A stretch of DNA of 64,000 nt from Octopus sinensis (lineage: Eukaryota): the NCBI RefSeq assembly GCF_006345805.1, contig NC_043006.1, forward strand, positions 49,352,001 to 49,416,000, written 5' to 3'. Made by a program: the position numbers and the translations under genes. Shown in pieces: positions 24,001 through 36,100 of this stretch. How positions within the stretch are numbered: position 1 is the first letter of the stretch; every line of letters starts with the position of its first letter. Below the pieces are notes generated by a model, which saw nothing but the letters and a program-made list of their open reading frames with translations, did not search any database and was not told where the DNA came from.

Positions 24001-27000
24001 GAACCATTTTGTTGCACAATGCATCTCCATCTTTCCTTTAACTTGAAAATACCCTCTTCCCAGAATTGAGGTGGTTTCATGGCAAAGAATTCATCAAAGT
24101 ATATTTTTACATCATCCAAGGAATTGAAATTTTTACCATTAAGACTATTCTGCAGAGACCTGAATAAGGGGAAATCCGAAGGAGCAATATCTGGTGAATA
24201 TGGAGGGTGGGGTAACACATCCCAGCCGAGCTGCAGCAATTTTTGTCTGGTTCCCAAAGCATCAAGTGCTGAAAATGAACTTTCTTATCTTCCATTTTAA
24301 AGGGTTACAGAGTTAACACAGGTTATAGGAACATAAACTTTCTTCCACGAAAAGATAGCTCAAACTGTGCTCTAAATTGAGGTGTAGTCAAATCCTATTT
24401 TATGGACTCAACCATGTTCTAAAATAAGTTGAATGATAAACTACTATAAATTGGCATGAACTTTCCAGACAACCCAATATAAATATTGATTTCAAATTTT
24501 GGTACAAGGCCAGCTATTTTTGGGGAGGGGTTAAGTCGATTACATCAACCCCTGTGCTCAACTGGTACTTATTTTATTGACCCTGAAAGGATGAAAGGTG
24601 AAGTCAACCCTGGCAGCATTGGAACCCGGAATGTAAAGACAGACGAAATACTACTATGCATTTTGACCGGCGTACTAATGATTCCATCAGCTTACTGCCT
24701 TAAAGTATATATAAATATTTACTTGGGCTAGTTTGTGCTACCAAAAGTTTAAAGAACTCAAAGGCATGCTGTGTGGTGTGAAGTTTGCTTCTCAACCATG
24801 TGGTTCTGGATTTAGTCCCACTATATGGCACCTTGGGCAAGTGTCTTCTACTATAAGGTGGGGGTGAATGTGAGATCTCACTCGTCTGTTTGAATTCAGA
24901 AGCACTGGTCATTGGATGTAGTTTGTCTGATGTTGCTTGATCAGATAAGGTATGTTCAATTTTTTTACAGTGCTCTCAAATTTAAAATCTTGAAATACTG
25001 TACTGAAGAGCGAGAATGATGGAGTGGAAAAGTGGTTTTTGCATTTTTCATATCTATCTAACTCCAAAACGCGTCTACAGTTAATCGAAGTCGGGTGAAT
25101 TCGTTATTTTCTCTCTTTGACTATGTGGGTTGTTGAGTATTGTTGTCTGGGAGATTCTCTCATGGTAGAGAAATAGCTAGTTTTGGCTGTTATTTCTAAA
25201 TTTCGGTATGTGGCGAAACAAATGTTTTGCTGAACCCTAATTATAATTATGCTCATAATTATAAAAAAAAATTTTGTTTAACTGTACTGATAATGGTTCT
25301 TTTAACATGCCAAACTATTTGGTAAAATTGTTAATTATTAATTAATTAATTTTACCCTTTATTATTATTATATATATATATATGGATCAAACTGTTTGAT
25401 TCAGACATATAACTCCCAATAAATGTGTTGAGTGACCTTTCATTTGTCTACTCACTCGCATGCCTGTGCATCTGTGTATGTGTGTGTGTGTGTCTTTGTC
25501 TTGACATTGCATGATAGTTGTAAACAGATGTAACCGTTATACAATTAATGTCCTCCAATTCTGATATTCAGCAAAAACATGCCTGGCTATGGGGAAATAT
25601 TACCTTGCTTGGAAGAAGGCAAGAGTTGGTGACAGGAAAGGCATACATCCATAGAAAATCTGCCTCGTGGAAAAGTGGATGTTAAATAATGCCGCTGCTG
25701 ATGATGAGAAGTAAAAATGCTAATTGGATGAAATCTTCAGCTTTGGATACATAATCTTTTTGTTTTAGTTAGCTTACAAATGAGAAACTTTATTATTTTG
25801 TGTTGTTTTTCCCATGTTGGCATGGATTAGATAGGTCTCACAGTTTCTGATTATTTGTGCTCCTTCATTGTCCAGCATACGCAGCAATAGAGAAAACCTC
25901 AAATTTTGGGGTGAGGGAAAGTTTTTATAAAGGGCTGCTCAACTGATTTATATAAAATATGTATACACACACACACACATTGGATTCTTTTGTATGAATT
26001 TCTGGATATTTCTTTACCTACAAGTGGGTGAAGGATCCAATGGAAGAAGAAGACCGAGGAAGACATGGAGCAGAAGTGGTGAAGGCTGATCTCAGGAAAC
26101 TAGATTTCACACAACAGACAACAATGGAAAGCAAAAAGTATGGTGGGATGTTGTGTTGCAAGCTTGGAAAAATGGACATAAAAATAACGACGATGATGAT
26201 GGCGGTAGCAGTGGTGGTGGTGGTGATGATGAAGATGATGAGTTTTATACAATTTTCCTCTGCAGAAATCACTCAAAAGGCATTGTAGCCAAAGTTACAG
26301 GAGAAGACACTTGCACAAAGCACAGTGCAGTGGAACAGAAACTTAAGACCACATGATTGCAAAGCAAACTTCTTAACCATATAGCCATGCCTGCAGCTAA
26401 TGCTCTAAACATTAAGCAGGTCCTCAATCAGTGAACTGTTAACTTACATATTATTTGCAGCTTCTCTATCAGATCCTTTGTGTTTCCCTGGTGATGCTTT
26501 AGATGAATGTGCAGAGAGTTTAGATTGTTTGCTGAAGAAGACAAAAAAAATAAAAAAGAAAAAAGGAAATCATTAAAAATGATATTTGAAAATATATTTT
26601 CTTAATAAATTAAACAAGAAAAAAGAAATTACAAAAAATTTATTTCCACACAAAAATTTTTATTTCTTTTATGAGGTAGTTGCCAAACACATGATCAAAG
26701 TCAGTGACTTTAAAAAGCAAACAGGCCACTTAAGCATATTTTGTATTTCCAATTAACATGAAATTAATAACCTTGGGCCACTTTTACGTAAATATACTTG
26801 AAGTTACTGTATTAAAGTTGTAATCTTACCCTTTTGTGTGGTTAGCTTTCTTGTTATTTGATAAAGCTTGACTACATGTATTATCTTCATTCTCAGCAAG
26901 TGTAGCTAACACAAAATTTGCTTCAAACAGTCTCTCACTCTGAATTGAGTATATAATTGGCCTAAAAAAAAAAAAAATAAAAGAAGGAAAATGAAAAAAA

Positions 27001-30000
27001 AAACCAAAACAAACAAAAACAAAAGAGACTTGTTAGGAGTTAATATTTTAAAATAACATTTAGAGTCAAAATGTAAGCTGGTTGCAGTTTTGAAGAAGGA
27101 AGACAAAGTATCATTTGTTGAACGTTGTCTTATGTAGAATCCACAACACAAAAGGTATTTGTGGACTCAATGCTGCCCAACCTACTTTTGTGTTTCATAA
27201 CTATGGCAGGTGTAGGCATGGCTTAGGTGTAAGTAAGATTGTGTGGTTAAGAAGACCACTTCCTAAGCATATGGTTTCAGGTTCAGTCCCACTGTATGAC
27301 ACTTTAGGCAAGTATTTCCTACTATAGACCTGAGCCAATTAAAACCTTAAGAGTAGATTTGGTAGACAGAAACTGAAAGAAGCCTATTGTGTGTGTGTGT
27401 GTGTGTGCACGTGAGAAAGATAGAGTGAGGGAGTATGTTTATATCTATCTGTCTTAGCATCACATGACAGCTGTAAATGAATGGCACTGTCATACAAGCA
27501 GTGTTGTTCATTTCTAATATTCTGCAAAAACATGTCTGGCCATGGGGAAATATTGCCTTGCTTGGAAACAGGAGGAGCATCTGGATATAGAAAAACTGCC
27601 TCAATAAACTCTGTCCAACCCATGCAAGCATGGAAAAGCAGATGTTAAAAATGATGATGATGGCAATGTTAGATGCTTCTCTAATTCTAACATTCCATCA
27701 AATGAGATCTTCATTAGTTTCTTAAATTCATCTTTTTTACAAAGCTCTCCCAACATAATAAGGTTCTTTTCATGAATTTTGTGATACAAAATAGCAAATA
27801 GAGATAAAGTAGGGGTAGTTTAAGGAAGCAACCGGTTACTTGGTGACCCTGCCAGTGCTGGTGCCACGTAAAAAGCATCCAGTCCACTTTTCAGGGTGGT
27901 TGGTGTTGAAAGGGCTTCCAGCCTAAAGGCCAAGACAAAACAGAGCCCAGAAGTCTGGTGCAGTCTTCTGCCTGGCCAGCTCCTGTCAAACCTTCCCACC
28001 CACACCAGCATGGAAGGCAGACGTTAAACGATGATGATGATGATGTGATGGAGATATGCTGTGACTGTGAAGGCCCAACAAATGAAGTGAGTTCATGGCT
28101 AGCAGGACAGCCTGCTGTGCTTACCTGGGATCGTAGGGCAACTTGCTGCAAGTACATCAACATCAAAATAAAAATCAAATACAGATTGTAGTTGTGAAAC
28201 CTGTGTTGGTGGCACGTAAAAAGCACCAACCAACTGTGGCCGTTGCCAGCCTCCTCTGGCCCCTATGCCAGTGGCATGTAAAAAGCACCCACTACACTCA
28301 CGGAGTGGTTGGCATTAGGAAGGGCATCCAGCTGTAGAAACACTGCCAGATCAGATTGGAGCCTGGTGCAGCCTCCTAGCTTCCCAGAGCCCAGTCGAAC
28401 TGTCCAACCCATGCTAGCATGGGAAACGGACGTTAAATGATGATGATGATGATGTACCAAAATTTGAAACCATTATTCCAACAGGATACACCTAGGATAC
28501 AACCAAGTTATAACTAGAACTATAATCCACTACCACAAACACGAAGGAAATGCAAACCATAGTCTACATACCTGCCATAGGTATCAAAGTAGAGTTTGAC
28601 GGGAAGATTGGTTGCCTCAGCAAAAGATAGGATAGCCTACAAGCAGAAAAAGAAAAAAAAAAAAAAAGACAACTGCATAAGTATTTGTCAATAAATATCA
28701 ACCCTATTCCACAGCAGATATTAGAACTGAAAAATTAATTGTCACTTAAATTTACAAGAAGACCCAGATAAAGTATGGCAAGTTAAAGAGTCGAAACACT
28801 TCTTTATTGTTTCATCTTTGCCATGTCTCTATATTCCTTGTTCACATTGTCGACTCTTCTACCCTAGTGATTTTTATAATCTCTGGCAGTACCATGGTAA
28901 GCAGTAGCATATTTTTCAGTACTAAACCTGTTATGATTCTGGTGAAAGGTTTTCCCACAACTGTTTATTGACCTTTCAATTGATTGTTGTTCACCTTTTA
29001 CTTATATATGTATATATGTGTATGTATATATATATATATATATATCATCACAATCAAGGAACGGCCATAATAGGCCATTCACCCACTAGAAATAACAGCC
29101 AAAGCTTCAACCGCAAATAAACATCAATTCCGTAAACCAGGAGAAAATTAAAAAACATTTACCCTGTAATTTCTTATACGATGCACCGTTTCATCTACTG
29201 TTTAATGGTAAACTAACCTGATTAAATTAAATCAAGCCAATCTTCCATAGGCCCTTAGATTCATCAGTAAGAAATAGCCAAGTTGGAACAGATATTTTCA
29301 CGAGGCATTTCCGACCCTGCCTCGGCAATATCTGACCTAAAATTTTCAAATCATCGCACTCGCGCCAAATTTATCGGCAGCAAATAAATATAAGCCGCCG
29401 ATTCCATTACGGAATTAACCAGAAAATTCATAATTAATCAATATAGGGTTCCTTGATTGTGATGTTGAACTTAAAAATGGTCTATGACTATTTAATTTTT
29501 TCCCACTAGGCCGCTGGTGGCAAAAAAATTCTACAAAATTTTTTGCCACCCTATATTGATTAATTATGAATTTTCTGGTTAATTCCGTAATGGAATCGGC
29601 GGCTTATATTTATTTGCTGCCGATAAATTTGGCGCGAGTGCGATGATTTGAAAATTTTAGGTCAGATATTGCCGAGGCAGGGTCGGAAATGCCTCGTGAA
29701 AATATCTGTTCCGACTTGGCTATTTCTTACTGATGAATCTAAGGACCTATGGAAGATTGGCTTGATTTAATTTAATCAGGTTAGTTTACCATTAAACAGT
29801 AGATGAAACGGTGCATCGTATAAGAAATTACAGGGTAAATGTTTTTTAATTTTCTCCTGGTTTACGGAATTGATGTTTATTTGCGGTTGAAGCTTTGGCT
29901 GTTATTTCTAGTGGGTGAATGGCCTATTATGGCCGTTCCTTGATTGTGATGTTGAACTTAAAAATGGTCTATGACTATTTAATTTTTTCCCACTAGGCCG

Positions 30001-30059
30001 CTGGTGGCAAAAAAATTCTACAAAATTTTTTGCCACCCTATATTGATTAATTATATATA

Positions 30060-30114
<55 letters not shown>

Positions 30115-33100
30115 CATACATATATATATATATATAATATATATATATATATATAGGCATGGCTGTGTGGCAAGAAGCTAGCTTTCCAACCACACCGTTA
30201 CAGGTTCAGATCCACTGCATGGCACCTTGGGCAAGTGTCTTCTACTAAGTTTCAGGTCAACCAAAGCCTTGTGAGTGGATTTGGTAGACGTAAACTGAAA
30301 GAAGCCCGTCATGTGTGTGTGTATATATATATGTGTGCGTGTGCATATACATATATGTGTGTATGTATATGTATATTTGTCTGTGTTTGTCCCCCTGTCA
30401 TCTCTTGACAATTGATGTTGGTGTATTTATGTCTCTGAGACTTAATGGTTCGGCAAAAGAAACCGATAGAATAAGTACTAGGCTTACAAAGAATAAGTCC
30501 TGGGGTTTATTTCTTTGACTAAAGGCGGTGCTCCAGCATGGCCGCAGTCAAATGAGTGAAGCAAGTAAAAGAATAAAAGAATATATATGTATCCTCTACT
30601 ATATATTTTCTTGTATGAACTAATCTGAGTGACTCCTTTTTTCAGCTTAAACATACAAATTAGCAAGCTAAACGTTGAAGATGTAGACAATAGCATATCA
30701 GTAAGATGCTTACGCGAAGTTCTTTAAGACAAAATGTAATATTCGTATTGTTAGCAATCTTGCATTCTTCAAATTCATCGGGAAGAAGGTTTAACTCTGT
30801 CCGCATATACTTTTTGGGATCTGCGGAAAGAAGCAATGTTGGAAAGTAAATTTGCAGCAAGAATTTCAGAAAATAATAAAGCAAACATTTTGCAATGGTA
30901 AGACTGAATTTTTAAGATAATGCTACTTTATTGATCTGAAAAGGAGGAAAGGCGAAGTTGCTTTCAGTGGGATTTGAACTCATAGTGCAGAGAACCAGAA
31001 TGAATAACACAAGGCATTCTATCTGACACTCGAATGATTCTGTTAATTCACAGCCTTTTTCATCATCATCATTTAATGTTCATCGTCCATGCTAGCATGG
31101 GTTGGATGGTTTTGACCAGGGCTGGTTAGCTGAGAGGCTGCACCAGACTCAAGTCTGATTTGGTATGGTTTCTACAACTGGATGCCCTTCCTAACGCCAA
31201 CCATTCCAAGAGTGTGATGGGTGCTTTTACGCGCCACCAGTATCTGCTTTGATTATGATTTTACTTGGCTTAATGGGTCTTCTTCTCAAGCATGACATAC
31301 TGCTGCCGCCGCCACCACCACCACCACCAGATGGTTTGTCATGGAGTTGGTTAGCAGAAAGCTGTCCAGGCTCCAGTTGCCTGTTGTGGCATGGTTTCTA
31401 TGGCTGGTTAGGGTTTCTTAACGCCAACCACTTAACAGAGTGTGCCACGTGCTTTCTACACACACATATGTATATATAAATATGTATATATATATAAATA
31501 TATATGTAAATCTTTTTTATGTGCGTGTATGTATTCATGTGTAGAGATTTCACAATGGTTGTAAACTAATATCACTGTCATACAAGCGACGTCTTCACGA
31601 AAAACATGTCTAGCCATAGAAAAATATCATCCTGCTTGGAAAAAGGTGAATGTTGGCTTCAGGAAGGACAACTGGCCCATAGAAAATCTGCCTCAACAAA
31701 TTGCACCTGACCCATACAAGCATAGAAAAGTGGATGTTAAATGATGAAGAACTGAAAAGCATATGAAGTCCTCTTGCATCATCAACAAACCTGCAGGTCT
31801 TAAAAGAATTTGAACTGTGTAGTATTAGCAAAATTAAGAGATTGCTATTTGAAACTAAGATAAATTAGTTCTTCACGGGAATTACAACCACACGAAGAAA
31901 TTTTGTATCTTTGCATGGCTATTCCTGTCTTACCTGGTTCATCCACATGATTCTTGAAAGAAATTTTTTCCTTTGATACTTCCAGAGTTATTTCCTCTTG
32001 GTTGTTCTGGAAATTTAGTACAGCATCACATAAAAGCCTGGACAAGGAAACAATATCAGCCTTTATAATAGAAATCAAATACATAACAGCAGAAGGCATC
32101 AGCTGTTTTAATAGATATCTGATTACAGAACAGCAATAAAAACAGTTTAAAATAAACCAAACTAATTATGTTGCTCAGGTGTGGCTGTGTGGTAAGAAGC
32201 TTGCTTCCCATCCACATGGGATTTGAACTCAGAACGTAATGTCAGACGAAATACCTATTTCTTTACTACTCACAAGGGGCTAAACACAGAGAGGACAAAC
32301 AAGGACAGACATACGGATTAAGTCGATTATATCGACCCCAGTGCGTAACTGGTACTTATTTAATCGATCCCGAAAGGATGAAAGGCAAAGTCGACATCGG
32401 CGGAATTTGAACTCAGAACATAGCGGCAGACGAAATACCGCTAAGCATTATGCCTGGCGTGCTAACGTTTCTGCCAGCTCGCTGCCTTCATATGCCTTGG
32501 TGCAGTCTTCTGCCTGGCCAGATGCTGTCAAACTGTCCAACCCATGCCAGCATGGAAAGTCGATGTTATGATGATTGTATGATTTTTATTTGTACTTGAT
32601 TGATGAAAGGGGAGATATTTTACCCACTGGACATATGATGAACAAAGAAACTGTATTTGAAAAGAGAATATTCTTGGACTAACATATCATTTACTCACCT
32701 TGATGAAGCTATCAAGAGATTCTCACAATCGTCTGCATCAAATACTGCCTGTAACATTTCACATTCGATAAATGCTAGATTGTGTGTTTTGATAATTCCT
32801 ACAAGAAACAGAATTAAAACATTTAAAAAAAAAAAACTTTGGAAGCATCAAATGCATTTCTTATTTTACAAACAAGAAAGTAAATTTCAAACAAAATATA
32901 GCTGTGAAAACAGCAGAAAGATTGGGTATTTTACTATTATAAGACAAGAAAAAAAGTTGCCAGCAGGTGGCTACAAGAGTTGAACCTATACACCTCAGAT
33001 ACAAGCTGAGTACTATATAATTAACCCTTTTGATACCAACTCGGGTGAAATTGCCTTTAGCTCTGTAGCACAAATATCTTGTTTTCAAAAGTTTTGAATT

Positions 33101-36100
33101 AAAATCTTCCACCAAACCTTAGTTATAATTTATGTTCCTAACACTGGTTTAATGATAATTAAGTTACTTTACTATATTCTTTGACTGTGGGATGTTGGGG
33201 GGTTTAGTTGAACATGTCAACCCCAGGACTTAATTTTTTTTTAGCCTAATATTTATTCTATTGGTCTCTTTTGCCAAACCATTAAGTTATGGGGACATAA
33301 ACCCACCAATACCAACTACTAAGCAGTGGTGGGGGACAAACAGACACAAAGACATACATACATAGATATGTACACACAGCAAAAGAGACTGATAGAATAA
33401 GTGCTGGGCTTAAGAAAAAAGTCTTGAGGGTCAATATGTTCAACTAAAACCCATCAAGGTGGTGTTCCAGCTTGCTGCCTTAGAAATAAAGAATAATAAT
33501 AACAATAACTATATATAATAAATATTGAAATACCATGTTTGCAGTGCAATTTGAACATCAATCTGTCATCTTTATCATTAAGTGTAATCTTACACTTCTG
33601 TACAGTTTTCTCTATTGTTGCAACAGATTTGAAAATCTTCAAACAAGACTGAAAAAAAAAAAAAAGCCAATAGAATAAACAGGAATTTTGATCATGTAAT
33701 AATAGAAGAAAATGAGTTTAAAAATAATTTTCAAAAGGCACAGGTTTGTTTTATAATATTCAGATTCAGTCTCATAGCACAGTACCTTGGGCAAGTGTCT
33801 TCTACTATAGCCGTGGGCTGACCAAAGCCTTGTGAAAGGATTTGGTAGATGGAAATTGAAGGAAGACCATTATAAATGTGTGTGTGTTTATGTCCTACCA
33901 CCGTTTGACAGCCAAAGTTGGTTTGTTTACATCTCTGTAACTTAGTGGTTTTGCAAAAGACACTGATAGAATAGGTACTAGACTTAATTACTGGAGTTGA
34001 TTTGTTTGACTAAATCCTTCAAGGTGGTGCTCCAGCATGGCCACAAAATAAAGATAAAAGAAAATGAACAAAACAAAGTCAATTTTCTCACCTTTATTGA
34101 TATTTTACAGCGAAGTGGTTCATCTTTGGCATTGTCTAAGTTATCATTGTTGCTATGATAGTCACACAAATACTGGATAAAGAATTTGGGATTAAACTGG
34201 AAACTAGCAAAGGCTGATCGAGAAGAATTGACTGTCTTCAAATACAACTGAAATTAAGACAATAAAAATATAAATTTTAATAAGAAAGGAATTTAAATTC
34301 GGTTCTTATATTATTCATATTTTTAAAAGTTATCATTCTGAAAAATATATTGATATTAAAATGAGAAACATTAAATTCTAAAACTCTGAGTGAATTCAGA
34401 TTTAACCATCAAAAGATGTGCATAAAAGCACAGACCACCTGAAGATTATTAGAAAATAGATTGGTTGAAATCAACCTGAAAGGAAAACCTAAAAGGATGT
34501 GGTAATTGATGTTTATGTATTTAAGTATTACATCATCATCATCATTGTTTAACATCCGCTTTCCATGCTGGCATCAGTTGGATGGTATGACCGAGGACTG
34601 GCAAGCCAGAAGGCTGTACCAGGCTCCAATCTGATCTCTTTCTACAGCTGGATTCCCTTCCTAACACCAACCACTCCGAAAGTGTAGTGGGTGATTTTTA
34701 TGTGCCACCAGCACGAGGGCCAGTCAAGCAGTACTGGCATTGATCACACTTGAATGGTGCCTTTTACATGGTGATGATGACATTAACCATCAGGTTGATT
34801 CATAATTATAGAAGTTTATATAATACGTTAATATTCAGTAATAGTTGCTAAGCTTCAGATTAGTCTCTGTTCAAAAGCCCTCCAACCATGATCATCCCAT
34901 CTTATTAAAGGATCGAACATCTAGGACAATAGGCAGTGTACTGGCAGAATTGTTAGCATGCTGGGTGAAATGCTTAGCAGTATTTCATCTGTTTTTATGT
35001 TTTGAGTTCAAATCCCACCAAAGTTGACTTTGCTTTTCATCCTTTTGGAGTCAATAAAATAAATACCAGTTGAGCACTGGGGCTGACATAACTTATGTTG
35101 AACCAGTGTGGCAGAGAAGGCTCATCAAACCAATATGATCTCAAGCTCAAATTCATGGCCTCTGCATCAGAGTCGCTGGTGGAGAGAAAATACTGAGACT
35201 GTCATTCTGCAATAGACTGGACATGGGCAATCTAATTCAGTCCACACCTAGGACTATATTAACCAATGTTCTTCCTGGTATTAAGATGGTAGCGTGTGAT
35301 TTGAAGGAGATTTGTCTGCTATTTCTAGCATGTCAACAGACCAAGTACAGACTCCTCATGACCATTGGTTGCTACAGTTTAATTCCAGGTCAACCGTGAC
35401 ATCCAGCTGACCTATGATCAGAGGCATTCCAATTACGACCACTCTGACTTTTGAGGGGTAACGAGAACATTATCTAATGTGTTGTTAATGCTGGTTTTCG
35501 AAAGTTGTCAAAATTCTACAGGAATGAAAATAAACGGTTGATGTGCGTGTAAACCTACGTAGTACACATGTCAAACTTACTTATTTCTCAGTAGATTGAA
35601 AAAAAAAATGATGAAAACCTTAACCTTTATTGGGGTCTCATCATCATTCGACCACATCCAGTGAAACAAATAGCTAATCCATTTACACACATACATACAT
35701 GCACAGACACACACGTAAAAATGAGCCCAGGCAGTCAGTCGTATTATTGAGAATTTGTGTATTATATTTGGGCGTCGTTGTTAGTCTGAGGTCAGCTCTG
35801 ATTAAGCAGACATATGATAGAAAGCATTCCAGAGTGATTATTCCGTTCTGTTGTATGTTTAATACTACGTTGTCATATGTCTCTACAACCATCATTTTTA
35901 TTGTAAACGATCGAGTGATTTGAAGGGACTAAGAAGCTACTTCTAGCAAGTCAATCAAACGATTAAAATGTCAGAGTTACTTCCCTTGGTGTGTTTCGAC
36001 GAGAAAGTTTAATAGAAACGTAAAAGAAAAACTTCTATATATATATATATATGTATATATAAAGACGATTTTTATATGATAACAATGTTATTTTATGATA

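Larger units (their letters stand above)
29046..30054. mobile_element. Hammerhead-bearing non-coding element (retrozyme-like or Penelope-type non-autonomous) with inverted plus partial tandem structure
   Basis: 404-bp inverted arms 29046..29449 / 29548..29951 (2 mismatches by eye); 120-bp direct repeat 29448..29567 = 29935..30054 (period 487); flanked by (TA)n on both sides. Confidence 0.8.

Noticed and set aside
24995-25230. CTGAAGA...CGAAAC as another hammerhead
   Set aside because: Motifs are about 200 nt apart and stems I and II cannot be closed convincingly.
27601-27789. Protein-like ORF in a RAD9 intron ([22 protein letters not shown]...)
   Set aside because: Not needed for the RAD9 frame, no recognisable homology, and it runs into a SINE tail.
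35585-35650. C/D snoRNA-like boxes on the - strand (ATGATGA...CTGA)
   Set aside because: No terminal stem or recognisable guide; both motifs are very frequent in this ATG-repeat-rich DNA.
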